59,547 nucleotides of DNA from Candidatus Omnitrophota bacterium (GCA_016197155.1 JACPWF010000034.1:1-59547); one strand, 5' to 3'; counted from the first letter of the stretch, positions 21,495-32,431 are shown. Notes: generated from the letters alone by a model not told the origin. Made by a program: numbers and translations.

Positions 21495-22679
21495 ATGAAG
21501 AAGACCCTGCGCGATTTTGATCTCGGCGGGAAACGGGTCCTGATCCGCGTCGATTTCAACGTTCCGCTCGACAAAAATCTCAACATCACCGACGACAGCC
21601 GCATCCGCGCGACCCTTCCCACCATCCGCCACGCTTTGGAAAAAGGGGCCCGGGTGATTCTCATGAGCCACCTCGGCCGCCCGGACGGGAAACCGGTTTC
21701 GTCGATGAGCCTTTCGCCGGCCGCCAAGCGGCTTTCCGAACTTTTGGGAATGGAAGTGATCCAGTGCTCGGACTGCGTGGGCCCGCGCGTGAAAGAGGAA
21801 CTGCGCGATCTCGGGGGCCGCTCGTCGGTGGCGCTCCTCGAAAATTTGAGATTCAACCCCGACGAGGAAAAAAATACGCCGTCCTTTGCTCAGGAACTTG
21901 CCGAGAACGGCGACATTTACATCAACGACGCGTTTGGGTCAAGCCACCGCGCGCACGCCTCGATCGAAGGCGTCACGCGCTTTCTGCCCTCGGGCGCGGG
22001 ATTCCTGCTCGAAAAAGAGATCCGCTATCTGGGCGAGGCGATGCAGAATCCGCAAAAGCCCTTTGTCGCGATCCTGGGCGGCTCGAAGGTTTCGGACAAG
22101 ATCGGCGTCGTCGAAAACCTGATCGCGAAAGTGGACACGATCATGATCGGCGGGGCGATGGCGTACACGTTTTTGAAAGTCCGCGGCGTCGAGATCGGCA
22201 ATTCAAAGTACGAAAAAGATAAAATCGATTTGGCGAAAAAGATTTTGGACAAGGCGGCCGCCGCGCGCGTCGAGATCCTCCTGCCGGTGGATCACGTGTG
22301 CGTCCAAAAGGTGGACGAGAACGCGGTGGTGAAGATTGAAGGCCCTTCGATTTCCGCGGGCTGGTTCGGCGTGGACATCGGCCCGAAGACGATCGAGCTT
22401 TTTACCAGGCAGTTGGATTCGGCGAAGACCGTGGTGTGGAACGGCCCGATGGGAATTTTTGAAATGAAACCTTTTTCCAAGGGCTCTTATGAAATTGCGG
22501 AGAAACTCGCCAATTTGAAAGGGGCCACAACCGTCGTCGGCGGCGGAGACACGGCCGCCTGCGTGGCCGGTTTTGGCCTCGGGGACAAGATGTCGCATAT
22601 CTCGACGGGCGGCGGGGCGTCGCTCGAATATCTGGAAGGCAAGGCCCTGCCCGGGATTGCCGCGCTCGAGGACAAATGA
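21495..22679 (+). CDS. pgk: phosphoglycerate kinase
   Basis: RVDFNVPLD...SHLGRP...GGGDTA...STGGGASLE. Confidence 0.95.
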   Translation: MKKTLRDFDLGGKRVLIRVDFNVPLDKNLNITDDSRIRATLPTIRHALEKGARVILMSHLGRPDGKPVSSMSLSPAAKRLSELLGMEVIQCSDCVGPRVKEELRDLGGRSSVALLENLRFNPDEEKNTPSFAQELAENGDIYINDAFGSSHRAHASIEGVTRFLPSGAGFLLEKEIRYLGEAMQNPQKPFVAILGGSKVSDKIGVVENLIAKVDTIMIGGAMAYTFLKVRGVEIGNSKYEKDKIDLAKKILDKAAAARVEILLPVDHVCVQKVDENAVVKIEGPSISAGWFGVDIGPKTIELFTRQLDSAKTVVWNGPMGIFEMKPFSKGSYEIAEKLANLKGATTVVGGGDTAACVAGFGLGDKMSHISTGGGASLEYLEGKALPGIAALEDK

Positions 22680-23452
22680 TGAGCCGCAAACCCATCGTCG
22701 CCGGGAATTGGAAGCTCAATAAAACCATTAAGGAAGCCATAGATCTCGTCACACAGCTCAAGCGCCTCATTTCCGGCACGCAGAATGTGGAAGTGGTGGT
22801 TTGCCCGCCGTACACCGCACTCGGCGAAGTCTCCGAAGTTTTGATGGAGTCGGGAATCCACACGGGCGCGCAGGATTTATTTTGGGAGGAAAAAGGCGCT
22901 TTCACGGGCGAGGTGTCGGCGACGCTCATTAAGGAAGCCGGCGCTCGTTTTGTGATCGTCGGCCATTCGGAGCGCCGGCAGTTTTTTCAGGAAACGGATG
23001 AGACGGTGAATAAAAAAACCAGGGCCGCGCTCGCGGGCGGCCTCACCCCGATCGTCTGCGTCGGAGAGACGCTCAGCCAGCGCGAGGGGGGAAAGACGTT
23101 TGCGGTGGTCGGCGCTCAGGTGAAGGGCGCCTTCGCCGGTTTTTCGGCAGACCAAATGGGAAGGCTCGTCGTTGCCTATGAGCCGGTTTGGGCGATCGGC
23201 ACCGGGAAAGTGGCCACGCCCGCGCAGGCCCAGGAAGCGCACGGATTCATCCGGAAGGAAGTCGGAAAAATGTTTGGGGACGAGGTTTCGGGGAGTTTAC
23301 GGATCCAGTACGGGGGCAGTGTGAAGCCCGAAAATATCGCGGAGTTGATGCGGGAGCCGGACATCGACGGGGCGCTCGTGGGCGGGGCGAGCCTCGAGGC
23401 GGCCGGTTTCGCCGACATTGTGAAAAACGCCGGGATCGCGGCGCTGAAATGA
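22676..23452 (+). CDS. tpiA: triosephosphate isomerase
   Basis: AGNWKLNK, VGHSERR, AYEPVWAIGTG, YGGSV. Confidence 0.95.
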   Translation: MMSRKPIVAGNWKLNKTIKEAIDLVTQLKRLISGTQNVEVVVCPPYTALGEVSEVLMESGIHTGAQDLFWEEKGAFTGEVSATLIKEAGARFVIVGHSERRQFFQETDETVNKKTRAALAGGLTPIVCVGETLSQREGGKTFAVVGAQVKGAFAGFSADQMGRLVVAYEPVWAIGTGKVATPAQAQEAHGFIRKEVGKMFGDEVSGSLRIQYGGSVKPENIAELMREPDIDGALVGGASLEAAGFADIVKNAGIAALK

Positions 23453-23462
23453 GGGGATAAAC

Positions 23463-23834
23463 ATGTACATTTTTCTGATTGGTTTGCATGTGATGGCGTG
23501 TCTGGTGTTGATTTTAGTCGTGCTCTTGCAGGCGGGCCGCGGCGGTGGATTCTCCGAGATGGCCGGCGGGGGACAGCCGCAGAGCATTTTTGGGACGCAG
23601 ACGAACACGTTCATGACCCGCGCGACGGAGGTGTGCGCGGTGATCTTTATCATCACCTCGCTTTCGCTCGGGATCGTGTCCACCCAGCGCGGCAAGTCGC
23701 TCATGGAGCGTCGGAGAATCGCGGCTGTGCCGCCGCCCGCGCCTGCGCCGGCCGCCGCCGTGCCCGCCGCGTCTCAACCGGAAACCGCCTCCGGACCCGC
23801 GGCACCGGCGCCCGCCGATGCGAGTTCGAAATAG
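23463..23834 (+). CDS. secG: preprotein translocase subunit SecG with Ala/Pro-rich tail
   Basis: LVVLLQAGRGGGFS...FGTQ and two TM helices. It takes the canonical position after tpiA. Confidence 0.85.
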   Translation: MYIFLIGLHVMACLVLILVVLLQAGRGGGFSEMAGGGQPQSIFGTQTNTFMTRATEVCAVIFIITSLSLGIVSTQRGKSLMERRRIAAVPPPAPAPAAAVPAASQPETASGPAAPAPADASSK

Positions 23835-25407
23835 GGCATTTTTTCTTTTTCTATTTTTATTTTCCGCGCCGGTTTTCGCCTCCGCCGATGAAAGGCGGGG
23901 TGACGCCTTTGTCACTTCCTCGATCGCCGAACCGTCCAATTTAATTCCCTTCCTCGCCTCCGATTCCGCCTCCGCCGAAGTCTCGAGGCTCCTTTTTAAC
24001 GGCCTTGTCAAATACGATAAAAATTTAAAACTCACCGGCGACCTGGCCTCGGACTGGGATATTGAGGAGGGGGGCCTCGTGATCGTTTTTCATTTGAGAA
24101 AAAACGTGCGCTGGCAGGACGGCGAGCCCTTCACCGCGCGCGACGTCGCGTTCACGTTCCGGGCGCTCACGAATCCCTCGGTGCCCACGCCCTACGGCGG
24201 CGATTTTGAAAAGGTGGTGTCGCTCGAAACCCCCGATCCCCACACCGTGAGAGTCCGTTATAAGGAGCCTTTCTCGCCGGGCCTGGCGAGTTGGTCGGTC
24301 GGCATCGTGCCGGAGCATTTGCTGAAAGACGCCGACTGGCCGGCCACCGGTTTCTCGAGAAACCCCGTCGGCACCGGACCCTACAAACTTGTCCAATGGA
24401 CCAGCGGCGAAAAATTAGTTCTTCGGGCGAATCCCGATTATTTCGAAGGCGCGCCGTTCATCGCGCGCGTCGTTTACCGCATCCTTCCCGAACCGACGAC
24501 GGCTTTTTTGGAACTCGAAACGGAAAATATCGATTCCGCGGCGCTTTCACCGCTCCAATTCAAACGCCAAACCGGCACGCCTTTTTTCAAAACCCATTAC
24601 GCCAAATACGCGTTCCCGAGTTTCAGTTACACCTACATCGGTTACAATCTGCGGAATCCGCTTTTCGCCGATAAAAAAGTCCGAAAGGCGATCGGGCTTG
24701 CGATCCACAAACAGGAGATCATCGACACGGTACTTCTGGGCTACGGCCGCGCGGCCACGGGGCCGTTTCTCGCGGACGGCTGGGCGGCCGACCCGGCCAT
24801 TGGCCCGTCCGGTTTTGACCCTTCGCGCGCGAAAGCGCTTTTGGCCGAGGCCGGCTGGCGTGACACGAGCGGCGACGGCATCCTGGACAGGGGCGGACGG
24901 CGTTTTTCTTTCACGATTTTGACCAATTGGGGAAACACCGACCGCAAAATGGCCTGCGAGATCATTCAAAAGAGATTGAGAGACGTCGGCATCGAAATGA
25001 ATATTCAAACGCTCGAGTGGAGCGTCCTTTTAAGGGAATTCATCGGCAAAAAAAGATTCGAGGCCGTGCTTCTGGGGTGGCAACTTTCGCCGGAGCCCGA
25101 CCCGTACGACATTTTTCATTCGTCGAAGACGGGCCCCGGCCAGTTCAATTTTGTATCCTATAAAAATGAGGAGGCCGATCGGTTGATGGAGGAGGCCCGG
25201 CGGATTTTTCCGGAGGCCGAACGGGCAAAAATTTATCACAGGCTTCACGGCATTTTAAGCGAAGATGAGCCGTACACTTTTTTGTACGTGCCGGAGTCGC
25301 TCGTCGCCCTTCACCGGCGCTTCAAGGGAGTGGAGCCGGCGCCGGCGGGCATCGGGCACAATTTCATCGAGTGGTATGTGCTGAAGAACGAGAGAAAGTA
25401 CCGATGA
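23818..25407 (+). CDS. ABC transporter substrate-binding protein, family 5 (peptide/nickel type)
   Basis: Signal peptide, then LVKYDKNLKLTGDLASDW...WQDGEPFTARDV, typical of OppA/DppA-family binding proteins. Confidence 0.85.
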   Translation: MRVRNRAFFLFLFLFSAPVFASADERRGDAFVTSSIAEPSNLIPFLASDSASAEVSRLLFNGLVKYDKNLKLTGDLASDWDIEEGGLVIVFHLRKNVRWQDGEPFTARDVAFTFRALTNPSVPTPYGGDFEKVVSLETPDPHTVRVRYKEPFSPGLASWSVGIVPEHLLKDADWPATGFSRNPVGTGPYKLVQWTSGEKLVLRANPDYFEGAPFIARVVYRILPEPTTAFLELETENIDSAALSPLQFKRQTGTPFFKTHYAKYAFPSFSYTYIGYNLRNPLFADKKVRKAIGLAIHKQEIIDTVLLGYGRAATGPFLADGWAADPAIGPSGFDPSRAKALLAEAGWRDTSGDGILDRGGRRFSFTILTNWGNTDRKMACEIIQKRLRDVGIEMNIQTLEWSVLLREFIGKKRFEAVLLGWQLSPEPDPYDIFHSSKTGPGQFNFVSYKNEEADRLMEEARRIFPEAERAKIYHRLHGILSEDEPYTFLYVPESLVALHRRFKGVEPAPAGIGHNFIEWYVLKNERKYR

Positions 25408-26381
25408 ACTATTTTCTCAAACGATCGGGGGGCCTTGTTGTTTTATTTTTCGGAATCACGCTCATCAGTTTTGCCGTGATTCATCTGGCGCCGGGGGGCC
25501 CGACCGATATTTATTCGCAGATGAATCCGAAAGTCTCCGCCGAGGCCGCCGAGAAAATGCAGAAACTCTACGGCCTCGACAGGCCTCTTTTGGAACAGTA
25601 CGGTTCGTGGGCGAAGCGCGTTTTCTTTTTTGATTTCGGCCGGTCGTTTCGCGACGGCCGGCCGGTGACGAAAAAAATCGCCGCGGCGATTCCCGTCACG
25701 CTTCTCATGAGCGTTCTGTCGCTCCTTTTCATTTTGGCCGCGGGGATCCCGCTTGGGATTTACGGCGCCGTGCACGAGGGGACCCGGCGGGACGGCGTTC
25801 TGTCCGCGGTGTTGTTGGCGGGATTTTCACTGCCGGTGTTTTGGGCCGCGCTTTTGGCGATGTCCTATTTCGGGGTGGGTCTGCGGGTCCTGCCGGTGGC
25901 CGGGATCCATTCGCTTTTTTTCGATGAGATGACTTTTTTTGAAAAAATAAGAGACGTCGCCTGGCATTTGATCCTGCCGGTTTCGCTGTCGGCGCTCGCG
26001 GGCCTGGCGGGAATCTCGCGGTTCATGCGCGCGAATTTGATTCAGGTTTTAAAGGAAAATTACATCCGCACCGCGCGCGCCAAAGGGCTTTCCGAAAGAA
26101 AAGTCCTTTACGGGCATGCCCTGCCCAACGCGATTTTGCCGCTTTTGACCCTTTTGGGCCTCTCGGTGCCGGGGCTTTTGGGAGGGAGCGTTATTTTTGA
26201 ATCCATTTTTTCGATCCCCGGCATGGGACGGCTTTTTTTCGATTCGGTTTTCGCGCGGGATTACCCGGTCATCATGGGGGTCCTGGTGCTGGGCGCGATT
26301 TTGACGCTTTTGGGGAATTTCCTCGCCGATTGGGCCTACGCGGCGTGTGACCCGCGGATTCGGCTCGGGGAAAAATTTTAA
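25404..26381 (+). CDS. ABC peptide transporter permease (OppB/DppB-like)
   Basis: The start is taken at MNYFLKR (ATGA overlap). EAA-loop region: YIRTARAKGLSERKVLYGHALPNA. Confidence 0.85.
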   Translation: MNYFLKRSGGLVVLFFGITLISFAVIHLAPGGPTDIYSQMNPKVSAEAAEKMQKLYGLDRPLLEQYGSWAKRVFFFDFGRSFRDGRPVTKKIAAAIPVTLLMSVLSLLFILAAGIPLGIYGAVHEGTRRDGVLSAVLLAGFSLPVFWAALLAMSYFGVGLRVLPVAGIHSLFFDEMTFFEKIRDVAWHLILPVSLSALAGLAGISRFMRANLIQVLKENYIRTARAKGLSERKVLYGHALPNAILPLLTLLGLSVPGLLGGSVIFESIFSIPGMGRLFFDSVFARDYPVIMGVLVLGAILTLLGNFLADWAYAACDPRIRLGEKF

Positions 26382-27151
26382 TGAAACATTTTGCGAAGGC
26401 GTGGTTTTTGATTCTGGCGGCCGTGCTTTTAGGCTCGCCCTTTTTCGCGGAGAGGGCGGGTGCGATGGATTTTTCACGGATCCTGGAGCCGCCCTCACTC
26501 AGCCATTTTTTGGGAACGGATTCTTTGGGGCGCGATCTTTTCGCGCGCCTGGTTTGCGGCGCGGGCGTGTCCGTCGGCGTGAGTTTTTTGGCTGTTTTCA
26601 TTTCTATTTTTTTGGGCACGCTCCTGGGCGCTGTGGCGGGTTATTTCGGAAAAGGGATCGATAAGCTCGTGATGGGTCTCACGGACCTGGCGCTTTGTTT
26701 TCCCGTTTTCTTTCTGATCCTAGCCGTGATCGCCGTTTTGGGACCGGGTTTTTGGAAGATCGCCGTCATCATCGGCCTCACCGGTTGGATGGGCACGGCG
26801 CGGCTCGTGCGCGCGGAGGTGTTGAGCTTAAGGGAAAGGGAATTTGTGCTGGCGGCGCGGGCGCTGGGCGCCGGTGCGCCGCGGATCATTTTCCGGCACC
26901 TGGTCCCGAATGCCGCGCGGCCCATTGTCGTGAACGCGGTCCTGGGGATTTCCTCCGCGATCCTAACCGAGGCGGCCCTGAGCTTTTTGGGCATCGGCGT
27001 CCGGCCGCCCGCGCCGAGCTGGGGGAATATTTTGAACGACGCGCGCGCGACGCTGGGTGTGGCATGGTGGCTCGCTTTGTTTCCGGGGGCGGCGATTTTT
27101 TTGACGGTCTTGTCGGCAAATGTTTTAGGCGAGGACATCGGGAAGCCGTGA
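26381..27151 (+). CDS. ABC peptide transporter permease (OppC/DppC-like)
   Basis: HFLGTDSLGRDLFARL and REREFVLAARALGAG motifs. Confidence 0.85.
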   Translation: MKHFAKAWFLILAAVLLGSPFFAERAGAMDFSRILEPPSLSHFLGTDSLGRDLFARLVCGAGVSVGVSFLAVFISIFLGTLLGAVAGYFGKGIDKLVMGLTDLALCFPVFFLILAVIAVLGPGFWKIAVIIGLTGWMGTARLVRAEVLSLREREFVLAARALGAGAPRIIFRHLVPNAARPIVVNAVLGISSAILTEAALSFLGIGVRPPAPSWGNILNDARATLGVAWWLALFPGAAIFLTVLSANVLGEDIGKP

Positions 27152-27939
27152 CATTGCGGATCAATCATTTAAAAATTGCTTTTGAGAATAAGCGCCCCGT
27201 CGTCGAGGACCTGTCGCTCGCAGTGGAGGAGCGATCGTTCACCGCGCTGGTGGGGGAGTCGGGCTCCGGAAAAACCGTCACCGCGCTTTCGGTTTGCCGG
27301 TTGATCCGGCCGGCGGTCTTGACCGGCGAAATTTTATTCTCCGGAAAAAATCTCCTGTCGCTCGACGAAAAAGAACTGCTCCGTGTGAGGGGCGGCGGGA
27401 TCAGCCACATTTTTCAGGACCCTTTTTCGTCGCTCAATCCCGTTCTCCCGGCCGGACGTCAGATCGAAGAGGCGTTTCGGATTCATCATCCCCGCGCTCC
27501 GAAAAGCGAGGCTCGGAACGAAGCCCTCGCCGCGCTTGGCGACGCCGCGATCCCGGACCCCGAGCGGGTTTGTCGCAGTTTTCCGCACGAGCTCTCGGGC
27601 GGCCTGTGCCAGCGCGCGATGATCGCGATGGCGCTTGTTTCCCGGCCGAAGGTTCTCATCGCCGACGAGCCGACGACCGCGCTCGACACGGCGACGCAGG
27701 ACCAGATCATGAGGCTTTTGGCGCGGCTTTCGGCCGAGCGGAATCTCGCGGTTTTTTTCATCACGCACGATCTGGGCCTGGCGCGGGACTGGGCGGAAGT
27801 CATTTATGTTTTGGAGAAGGGCCGCCTCGTCGAAAGATTGACGAAAGAGGAAAAATTCACGCCGCGCGAGCCTTACACGAAAAAATTATTCCGCGCCGAA
27901 CTCATTGACCAAAAACCCAAGACATTCATCGAGATTTAA
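27148..27939 (+). CDS. ABC transporter ATP-binding protein (OppD-like)
   Basis: GTG start overlapping the upstream TGA. Walker A GESGSGKT, signature LSGGLCQR, Walker B LIADEPT. Confidence 0.85.
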   Translation: MTLRINHLKIAFENKRPVVEDLSLAVEERSFTALVGESGSGKTVTALSVCRLIRPAVLTGEILFSGKNLLSLDEKELLRVRGGGISHIFQDPFSSLNPVLPAGRQIEEAFRIHHPRAPKSEARNEALAALGDAAIPDPERVCRSFPHELSGGLCQRAMIAMALVSRPKVLIADEPTTALDTATQDQIMRLLARLSAERNLAVFFITHDLGLARDWAEVIYVLEKGRLVERLTKEEKFTPREPYTKKLFRAELIDQKPKTFIEI

Positions 27940-28623
27940 ATGGAAACGATCCTGGAAGCCAACCATTTAAGGAAAACCTTCAAGAAACACGGCGTGAAGG
28001 CCGTCGATGACGTGACGCTCGCGATCCCGAAAGGTCGCACGCTCGGCCTCGTCGGCGAATCCGGATGCGGCAAGTCGACGCTGGCCAAACTTTTGCTCGG
28101 ACTTTTGCCCGCCGACGGGGGAGAGGTGTTCTTCGGCGGCCAAAAGATCGCGGCGTTAAAAGGCGCGGGCTTGAAAAACTTCCGCAAAAACGCGCAGATC
28201 ATTTTTCAGCATCCCCACGCGTCGCTTGACCCACGCCTCCGCGTGCGGGAAATTCTGGCCGAGCCTTTTTGGATTCACGGAAGGCCGGACGCTTCTTTTT
28301 TGAAACAAAAAGTCGCGGAACTTTTGGAAAGGGTCGGCCTGCCGCCACATTTTTCGGAACGCCTGCCGCGCGAACTTTCGGGCGGCGAATGCCAGCGCGT
28401 GGCGATCGCGCGGGCCGTGAGCCTCGACCCGGCGCTCGTCATTTGCGACGAACCGGTGTCGTCGCTGGACGCGCTCGTTCAGGCGGGGATCCTGAACCTT
28501 CTCCTTCGTCTCCAGAGGGAAAAGGGCATCGCCTGCCTTTTCATCTCGCACGATCTCCGCGTCGTGCGCCACATGAGCGATGAGATTCTTCGGATGAAAT
28601 GTGGTAAAATTGGACGTTTTTAA
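27940..28623 (+). CDS. ABC transporter ATP-binding protein (OppF-like)
   Basis: Walker A GESGCGKST, signature LSGGECQR, Walker B VICDEPVSSLD. Confidence 0.85.
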   Translation: METILEANHLRKTFKKHGVKAVDDVTLAIPKGRTLGLVGESGCGKSTLAKLLLGLLPADGGEVFFGGQKIAALKGAGLKNFRKNAQIIFQHPHASLDPRLRVREILAEPFWIHGRPDASFLKQKVAELLERVGLPPHFSERLPRELSGGECQRVAIARAVSLDPALVICDEPVSSLDALVQAGILNLLLRLQREKGIACLFISHDLRVVRHMSDEILRMKCGKIGRF

Positions 28624-28632
28624 GGGACTGAC

Positions 28633-29862
28633 ATGAAAAAACTTTTAACCTTCATCATGGCCGGCGGCAAGGGGGAGCGGCTTCACCCCTTGACGAAGGA
28701 CCGCGCCAAGCCCGCGGTGCCGTTCGGCGGCATCTACCGGATCATCGATTTTACGCTTTCGAATTGCATCCATTCCGGTATCCGCCGCATCCATGTGCTC
28801 GTGCAGTACAAATCGATGTCGCTCGCGCGCCACATCCGCATGGGCTGGAACATTCTCAATTCCGAAGTCGGCGAATACGTCGAGGTCCTCCCGGCCCAGC
28901 AGAGGATCGACGAACATTGGTATCAGGGCACGGCGGACGCGATCTACCAGAATCTTTATTCGATCCACATCGAGGACCCCGAACAGATTCTGATTCTGGC
29001 CGGCGACCATGTTTACAAAATGGATTACGCGCTCATGCTCGACGCGCATCGCCGATCGAAAGCGGACCTCACGATCGGCGTCGTGCGCGTTCCCGCGGAA
29101 GAATCGCAGGGCGTGGGCGTGATTGAGGCGGACGCCGGGGACGCGGTCGTGGGATTTGAGGAAAAACCGGCCGTCCCGAAAACCATCCCGGGCGACGCCG
29201 ACCACGTGTACGGCTCGATGGGCATTTACATTTTTGACCGCAAAGTTTTGGAGGAGGAGCTCGGGGAAGACGCCAAAAGCAGGGAGGGCTCCCACGATTT
29301 CGGGAAGGACATCATTCCGCGGATGATCCGGAAAAAAGCGCGGCGCGTCGTGGCCTACAATTTTGTGGACGTGAACAATAAGGAAACGCTTTACTGGCGC
29401 GACGTGGGAACACTCGACGCGTATTACGAGGCGAACATGGACCTCGTGCAGGTGACGCCTCAATTTAATCTCTACGACCGCGACTGGCCGATCCGTACCT
29501 ACCAGATGCAGTACCCGCCCGCGAAATTTGTGTTCGCCGATCCGATCGGCGGCCGGCGCGGGACGGCGCTGGATTCGCTGGTTTCGGACGGGTGCATTCT
29601 TTCGGGGAGCGTGATTCAGCGCTCGATCCTCTCGCAGAATGTGCGCGTGAACAGTTACGCCGAGGTTGAAAATTCTCTTTTGCTGGAAGGCGTGGACATC
29701 GGCCGGCACGCGAAAGTGAAAAACGCGATCATCGATAAAAATACAAAGGTCATGCCCAACGCCCAGATCGGTTATGATTTGGAACTCGACCGGAAGCGGT
29801 TCACCGTGACGCCGAAAGGGATCGTCGTGGTGGAAAAAGGCTCGGTGGTCGAGGCGGTTTAG
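28633..29862 (+). CDS. glgC: glucose-1-phosphate adenylyltransferase
   Basis: [36 protein letters not shown], and a C-terminal left-handed beta-helix region. Confidence 0.9.
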   Translation: MKKLLTFIMAGGKGERLHPLTKDRAKPAVPFGGIYRIIDFTLSNCIHSGIRRIHVLVQYKSMSLARHIRMGWNILNSEVGEYVEVLPAQQRIDEHWYQGTADAIYQNLYSIHIEDPEQILILAGDHVYKMDYALMLDAHRRSKADLTIGVVRVPAEESQGVGVIEADAGDAVVGFEEKPAVPKTIPGDADHVYGSMGIYIFDRKVLEEELGEDAKSREGSHDFGKDIIPRMIRKKARRVVAYNFVDVNNKETLYWRDVGTLDAYYEANMDLVQVTPQFNLYDRDWPIRTYQMQYPPAKFVFADPIGGRRGTALDSLVSDGCILSGSVIQRSILSQNVRVNSYAEVENSLLLEGVDIGRHAKVKNAIIDKNTKVMPNAQIGYDLELDRKRFTVTPKGIVVVEKGSVVEAV

Positions 29863-29866
29863 TTTA

Positions 29867-30652
29867 ATGGAAAACGACATTTTAAAAATCGGGAATTTTT
29901 CGCTCCGCTCGCGGCTCATCGCCGGGACGGGAAAATACGCCTCGTTTGAAATAATGGAAAAGGCGCTCGCGGCCTCAGGCGCCCAAATGGTGACGGTCGC
30001 GGTGCGGCGGGTGAATCTCGACCGGACGAAAGAGTCTTTGCTGGATTATGTGGACCCCAAAAAGTATATTTTACTGCCCAACACGGCGGGTTGTTATTCA
30101 AAGGAAGAGGCCGTGCGCGTGGCGCGTCTCGGACGGGCGGCGGGCCTTTCGAATCTCGTGAAGCTCGAAGTGATCGGCGACGAGAAAACGCTCCTGCCGG
30201 ATAACGTGGCGCTCTTGGAGGCGACGGGAGAGCTTGTGAAAGAGGGTTTTGTCGTCATGCCCTACACGACCGACGACCCGATCATGGCCAAGCGCCTCGA
30301 GGACGCGGGCGCCGCGTGTGTCATGCCGCTTGCCGCGCCCATCGGCTCGGGGCAGGGGATTTTAAACCGGCTCAACATCCGTCTGATTCTTGAAAAAGTG
30401 AGGGTCCCCGTCATCGTGGACGCGGGGGTGGGGACGGCTTCGGACGCCGCGATCGCGATGGAGCTGGGCGCCGACGGGGTTTTGATGAACACGGCCATCG
30501 CCGGCGCGAAGGACCCCGTCAAAATGGCCGAGGCGATGAAGCTGGCCGTTCGCGCGGGACGCCTGGCGCACGAGGCCGGGCGCATCGAGAAAAAAATGTA
30601 CGCCAATGCCTCCAGTCCGGCGGAGGGGCGGGTGGGGATGTCCATCGAGTAG
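29867..30652 (+). CDS. thiG: thiazole synthase
   Basis: [10 protein letters not shown]...LPNTAGC...VKLEVIGD...[13 protein letters not shown]...VIVDAGVGT. Confidence 0.9.
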   Translation: MENDILKIGNFSLRSRLIAGTGKYASFEIMEKALAASGAQMVTVAVRRVNLDRTKESLLDYVDPKKYILLPNTAGCYSKEEAVRVARLGRAAGLSNLVKLEVIGDEKTLLPDNVALLEATGELVKEGFVVMPYTTDDPIMAKRLEDAGAACVMPLAAPIGSGQGILNRLNIRLILEKVRVPVIVDAGVGTASDAAIAMELGADGVLMNTAIAGAKDPVKMAEAMKLAVRAGRLAHEAGRIEKKMYANASSPAEGRVGMSIE

Positions 30653-30656
30653 CGGT

Positions 30657-30703
30657 CTTGACAGAAGGCCTTTTATGATGTATGATGTATAATGTATAAA
30701 AGA
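30657..30703 (+). promoter_or_regulatory. vapBC promoter with iterated ATGTAT operator-like repeats
   Basis: TTGACA-17 nt-TATGAT, overlapped by tGATGTATGATGTATAATGTATAaa (three GTAT-containing repeats). Confidence 0.45.
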
Positions 30704-30713
30704 AGGGGCAAAA

Positions 30714-30971
30714 ATGAGCCATCTCCATCGGACGCAAATCTACATTGAAGACGAACAAATGAGTCACCTGAAATTTGAGGCGTCAAAAGCAAGGGTGGCA
30801 GTTTCGGAACTGATCCGCAGGGCAGTCGATGCTTTTTTGCGCCGCGGCGAACAAAAGCATGATTGGAATAAAGACCCGCTTGTGAAAGCCATCGGCAAGA
30901 TCCGGCTTGCCTCCAAAGATGCCTCGGCACGGCACGATTTTTATCTTTACGGAGAGGGGAAGCGTCGGTAA
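30714..30971 (+). CDS. ribbon-helix-helix (CopG/VapB-type) antitoxin
   Basis: The N-terminal RTQIYIEDEQMSHLKFEASKARVAVSELIRRAVDAFL is an RHH fold pattern. The gene is directly followed by a PIN gene. Confidence 0.75.
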   Translation: MSHLHRTQIYIEDEQMSHLKFEASKARVAVSELIRRAVDAFLRRGEQKHDWNKDPLVKAIGKIRLASKDASARHDFYLYGEGKRR

Positions 30972-31379
30972 TTGGAAAAGATCTTTGTCGATACGGGCGG
31001 TTGGGCGGCTCTTTTAGTGGAAAATGACGAAAGACACAAAGAGGCCGTTTCCATCTTCGGGCGTCTGAAAGAATCGAGAGCCTCTCTTTATACGTCGGAT
31101 TACGTGATTGATGAGACCCTCACTTTAATCGGAGTCCGCGGCGGACACGCCCATTCGGTTCGGGCGGGAAAGGCGATTCTTGAAAGCTCGCTTGTAAAAA
31201 TTGTCACTGTCGTGCCGGATTACTTTCAAGATACATGGGCTCTCTACCAAAAATACAAAGATAAAAAATTCAGCTTTACGGATGTCAGCAGTCTCTGCAT
31301 CATGAATACGCTAAAAATCAAAAAACTTTTCGGGTTTGACAGAGAATTCGAAAAGGTGAGCGTGGAGTTATTGACATGA
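30972..31379 (+). CDS. PIN-domain toxin (VapC family)
   Basis: The acidic PIN residues are in context: FVDTGG, DYVIDET, FTDVSS. TTG start abuts the antitoxin stop. Confidence 0.8.
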   Translation: MEKIFVDTGGWAALLVENDERHKEAVSIFGRLKESRASLYTSDYVIDETLTLIGVRGGHAHSVRAGKAILESSLVKIVTVVPDYFQDTWALYQKYKDKKFSFTDVSSLCIMNTLKIKKLFGFDREFEKVSVELLT

Positions 31380-32431
31380 AAAATTACAAAATTGCGGTGA
31401 TCGCCGGTGATGGAACGGGGCCCGAGGTGACGGCCGAGGCCCTGAAGGTTCTTGAGGCCGCATCAAAGAAAAATAATTTTCGGCTGGACCTGACTTCTTT
31501 TGATTACGGCGGCGAGCGCTATTTGAAAACCGGAAAGGTTCTGACCGACAGGGAACTGGCGGGCCTTAAAAAATTCGGCGCGATTTTGCTGGGCGCGGTC
31601 GGGCATCCCGATGTCCGGCCCGGCATTTTGGAGAAGGGCCTGCTTCTTAAGATCCGTTTCGGCCTTGAGCAGTACATCAACCTGCGTCCGGTGAAATTGT
31701 ACCCCGGCGTGTGGACGCCGCTTCGCGACAAGGGGCCGGACGACATTGATTTCGTCGTCGTCCGCGAAAATAACGAAGGCCTTTACGTGGGCGAGGGGAA
31801 ATTTATTCATAAAGGAAAAAAGAACGAGGTGGCCCTCCAGGTGTCGCGCAACACGCGAAAAGGGGTCGAGCGCTGTGTGCGTTACGCGTTCGAAGCCACG
31901 CGCCGGCGGAACAAAAGAAAAAAGCTCACCCTTTGCGGAAAGACCAACGTGCTGACTTACGCGCATGACCTATGGTGGCGGGTTTTTAATGAAGTAGCCA
32001 AGGAATACAAAGACATCCAGACCGACTACGCGCACGTCGACGCCACCTGCATGTGGATGGTGAAAAATCCAGAATGGTTCGACGTGATCGTGACCGACAA
32101 CATGTTCGGCGACATCATCACGGACCTGGGCGCCATGATTCAGGGCGGGATGGGCATCGCCGCGGGCGGCAATCTGAACCCAAAAGGCGTGTCCATGTTC
32201 GAGCCCATCGGCGGTTCGGCGCCGAAATACACGGGGAAAAACGTGATCAACCCGCTCGCCGCGATCTGCGCGGGCGCCATGCTGCTCGATCATCTCGGCG
32301 AAACCCTCGCCGCGTCCCAAATCGAAAAAGCGGTGATGGACGTGACGCAGAATAAACTGAAGTCGCTCGCGGCGGGGAAGATGGGTTATGGAACCAAAGA
32401 AGTCGGGGATTTGGTGGCGGAGAGAATATAA
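31376..32431 (+). CDS. 3-isopropylmalate/tartrate dehydrogenase family protein
   Basis: [13 protein letters not shown]...NLRP...VRENNEGLY...[12 protein letters not shown]...GSAPKY. ATGA overlap with the vapC stop. Confidence 0.8.
   Translation: MKNYKIAVIAGDGTGPEVTAEALKVLEAASKKNNFRLDLTSFDYGGERYLKTGKVLTDRELAGLKKFGAILLGAVGHPDVRPGILEKGLLLKIRFGLEQYINLRPVKLYPGVWTPLRDKGPDDIDFVVVRENNEGLYVGEGKFIHKGKKNEVALQVSRNTRKGVERCVRYAFEATRRRNKRKKLTLCGKTNVLTYAHDLWWRVFNEVAKEYKDIQTDYAHVDATCMWMVKNPEWFDVIVTDNMFGDIITDLGAMIQGGMGIAAGGNLNPKGVSMFEPIGGSAPKYTGKNVINPLAAICAGAMLLDHLGETLAASQIEKAVMDVTQNKLKSLAAGKMGYGTKEVGDLVAERI

Noticed and set aside
29863-29866. TPP riboswitch upstream of thiG, or other riboswitches before lipA and glgC.
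   Set aside because: The intergenic gaps are only 3-9 nt, leaving no room for an aptamer.
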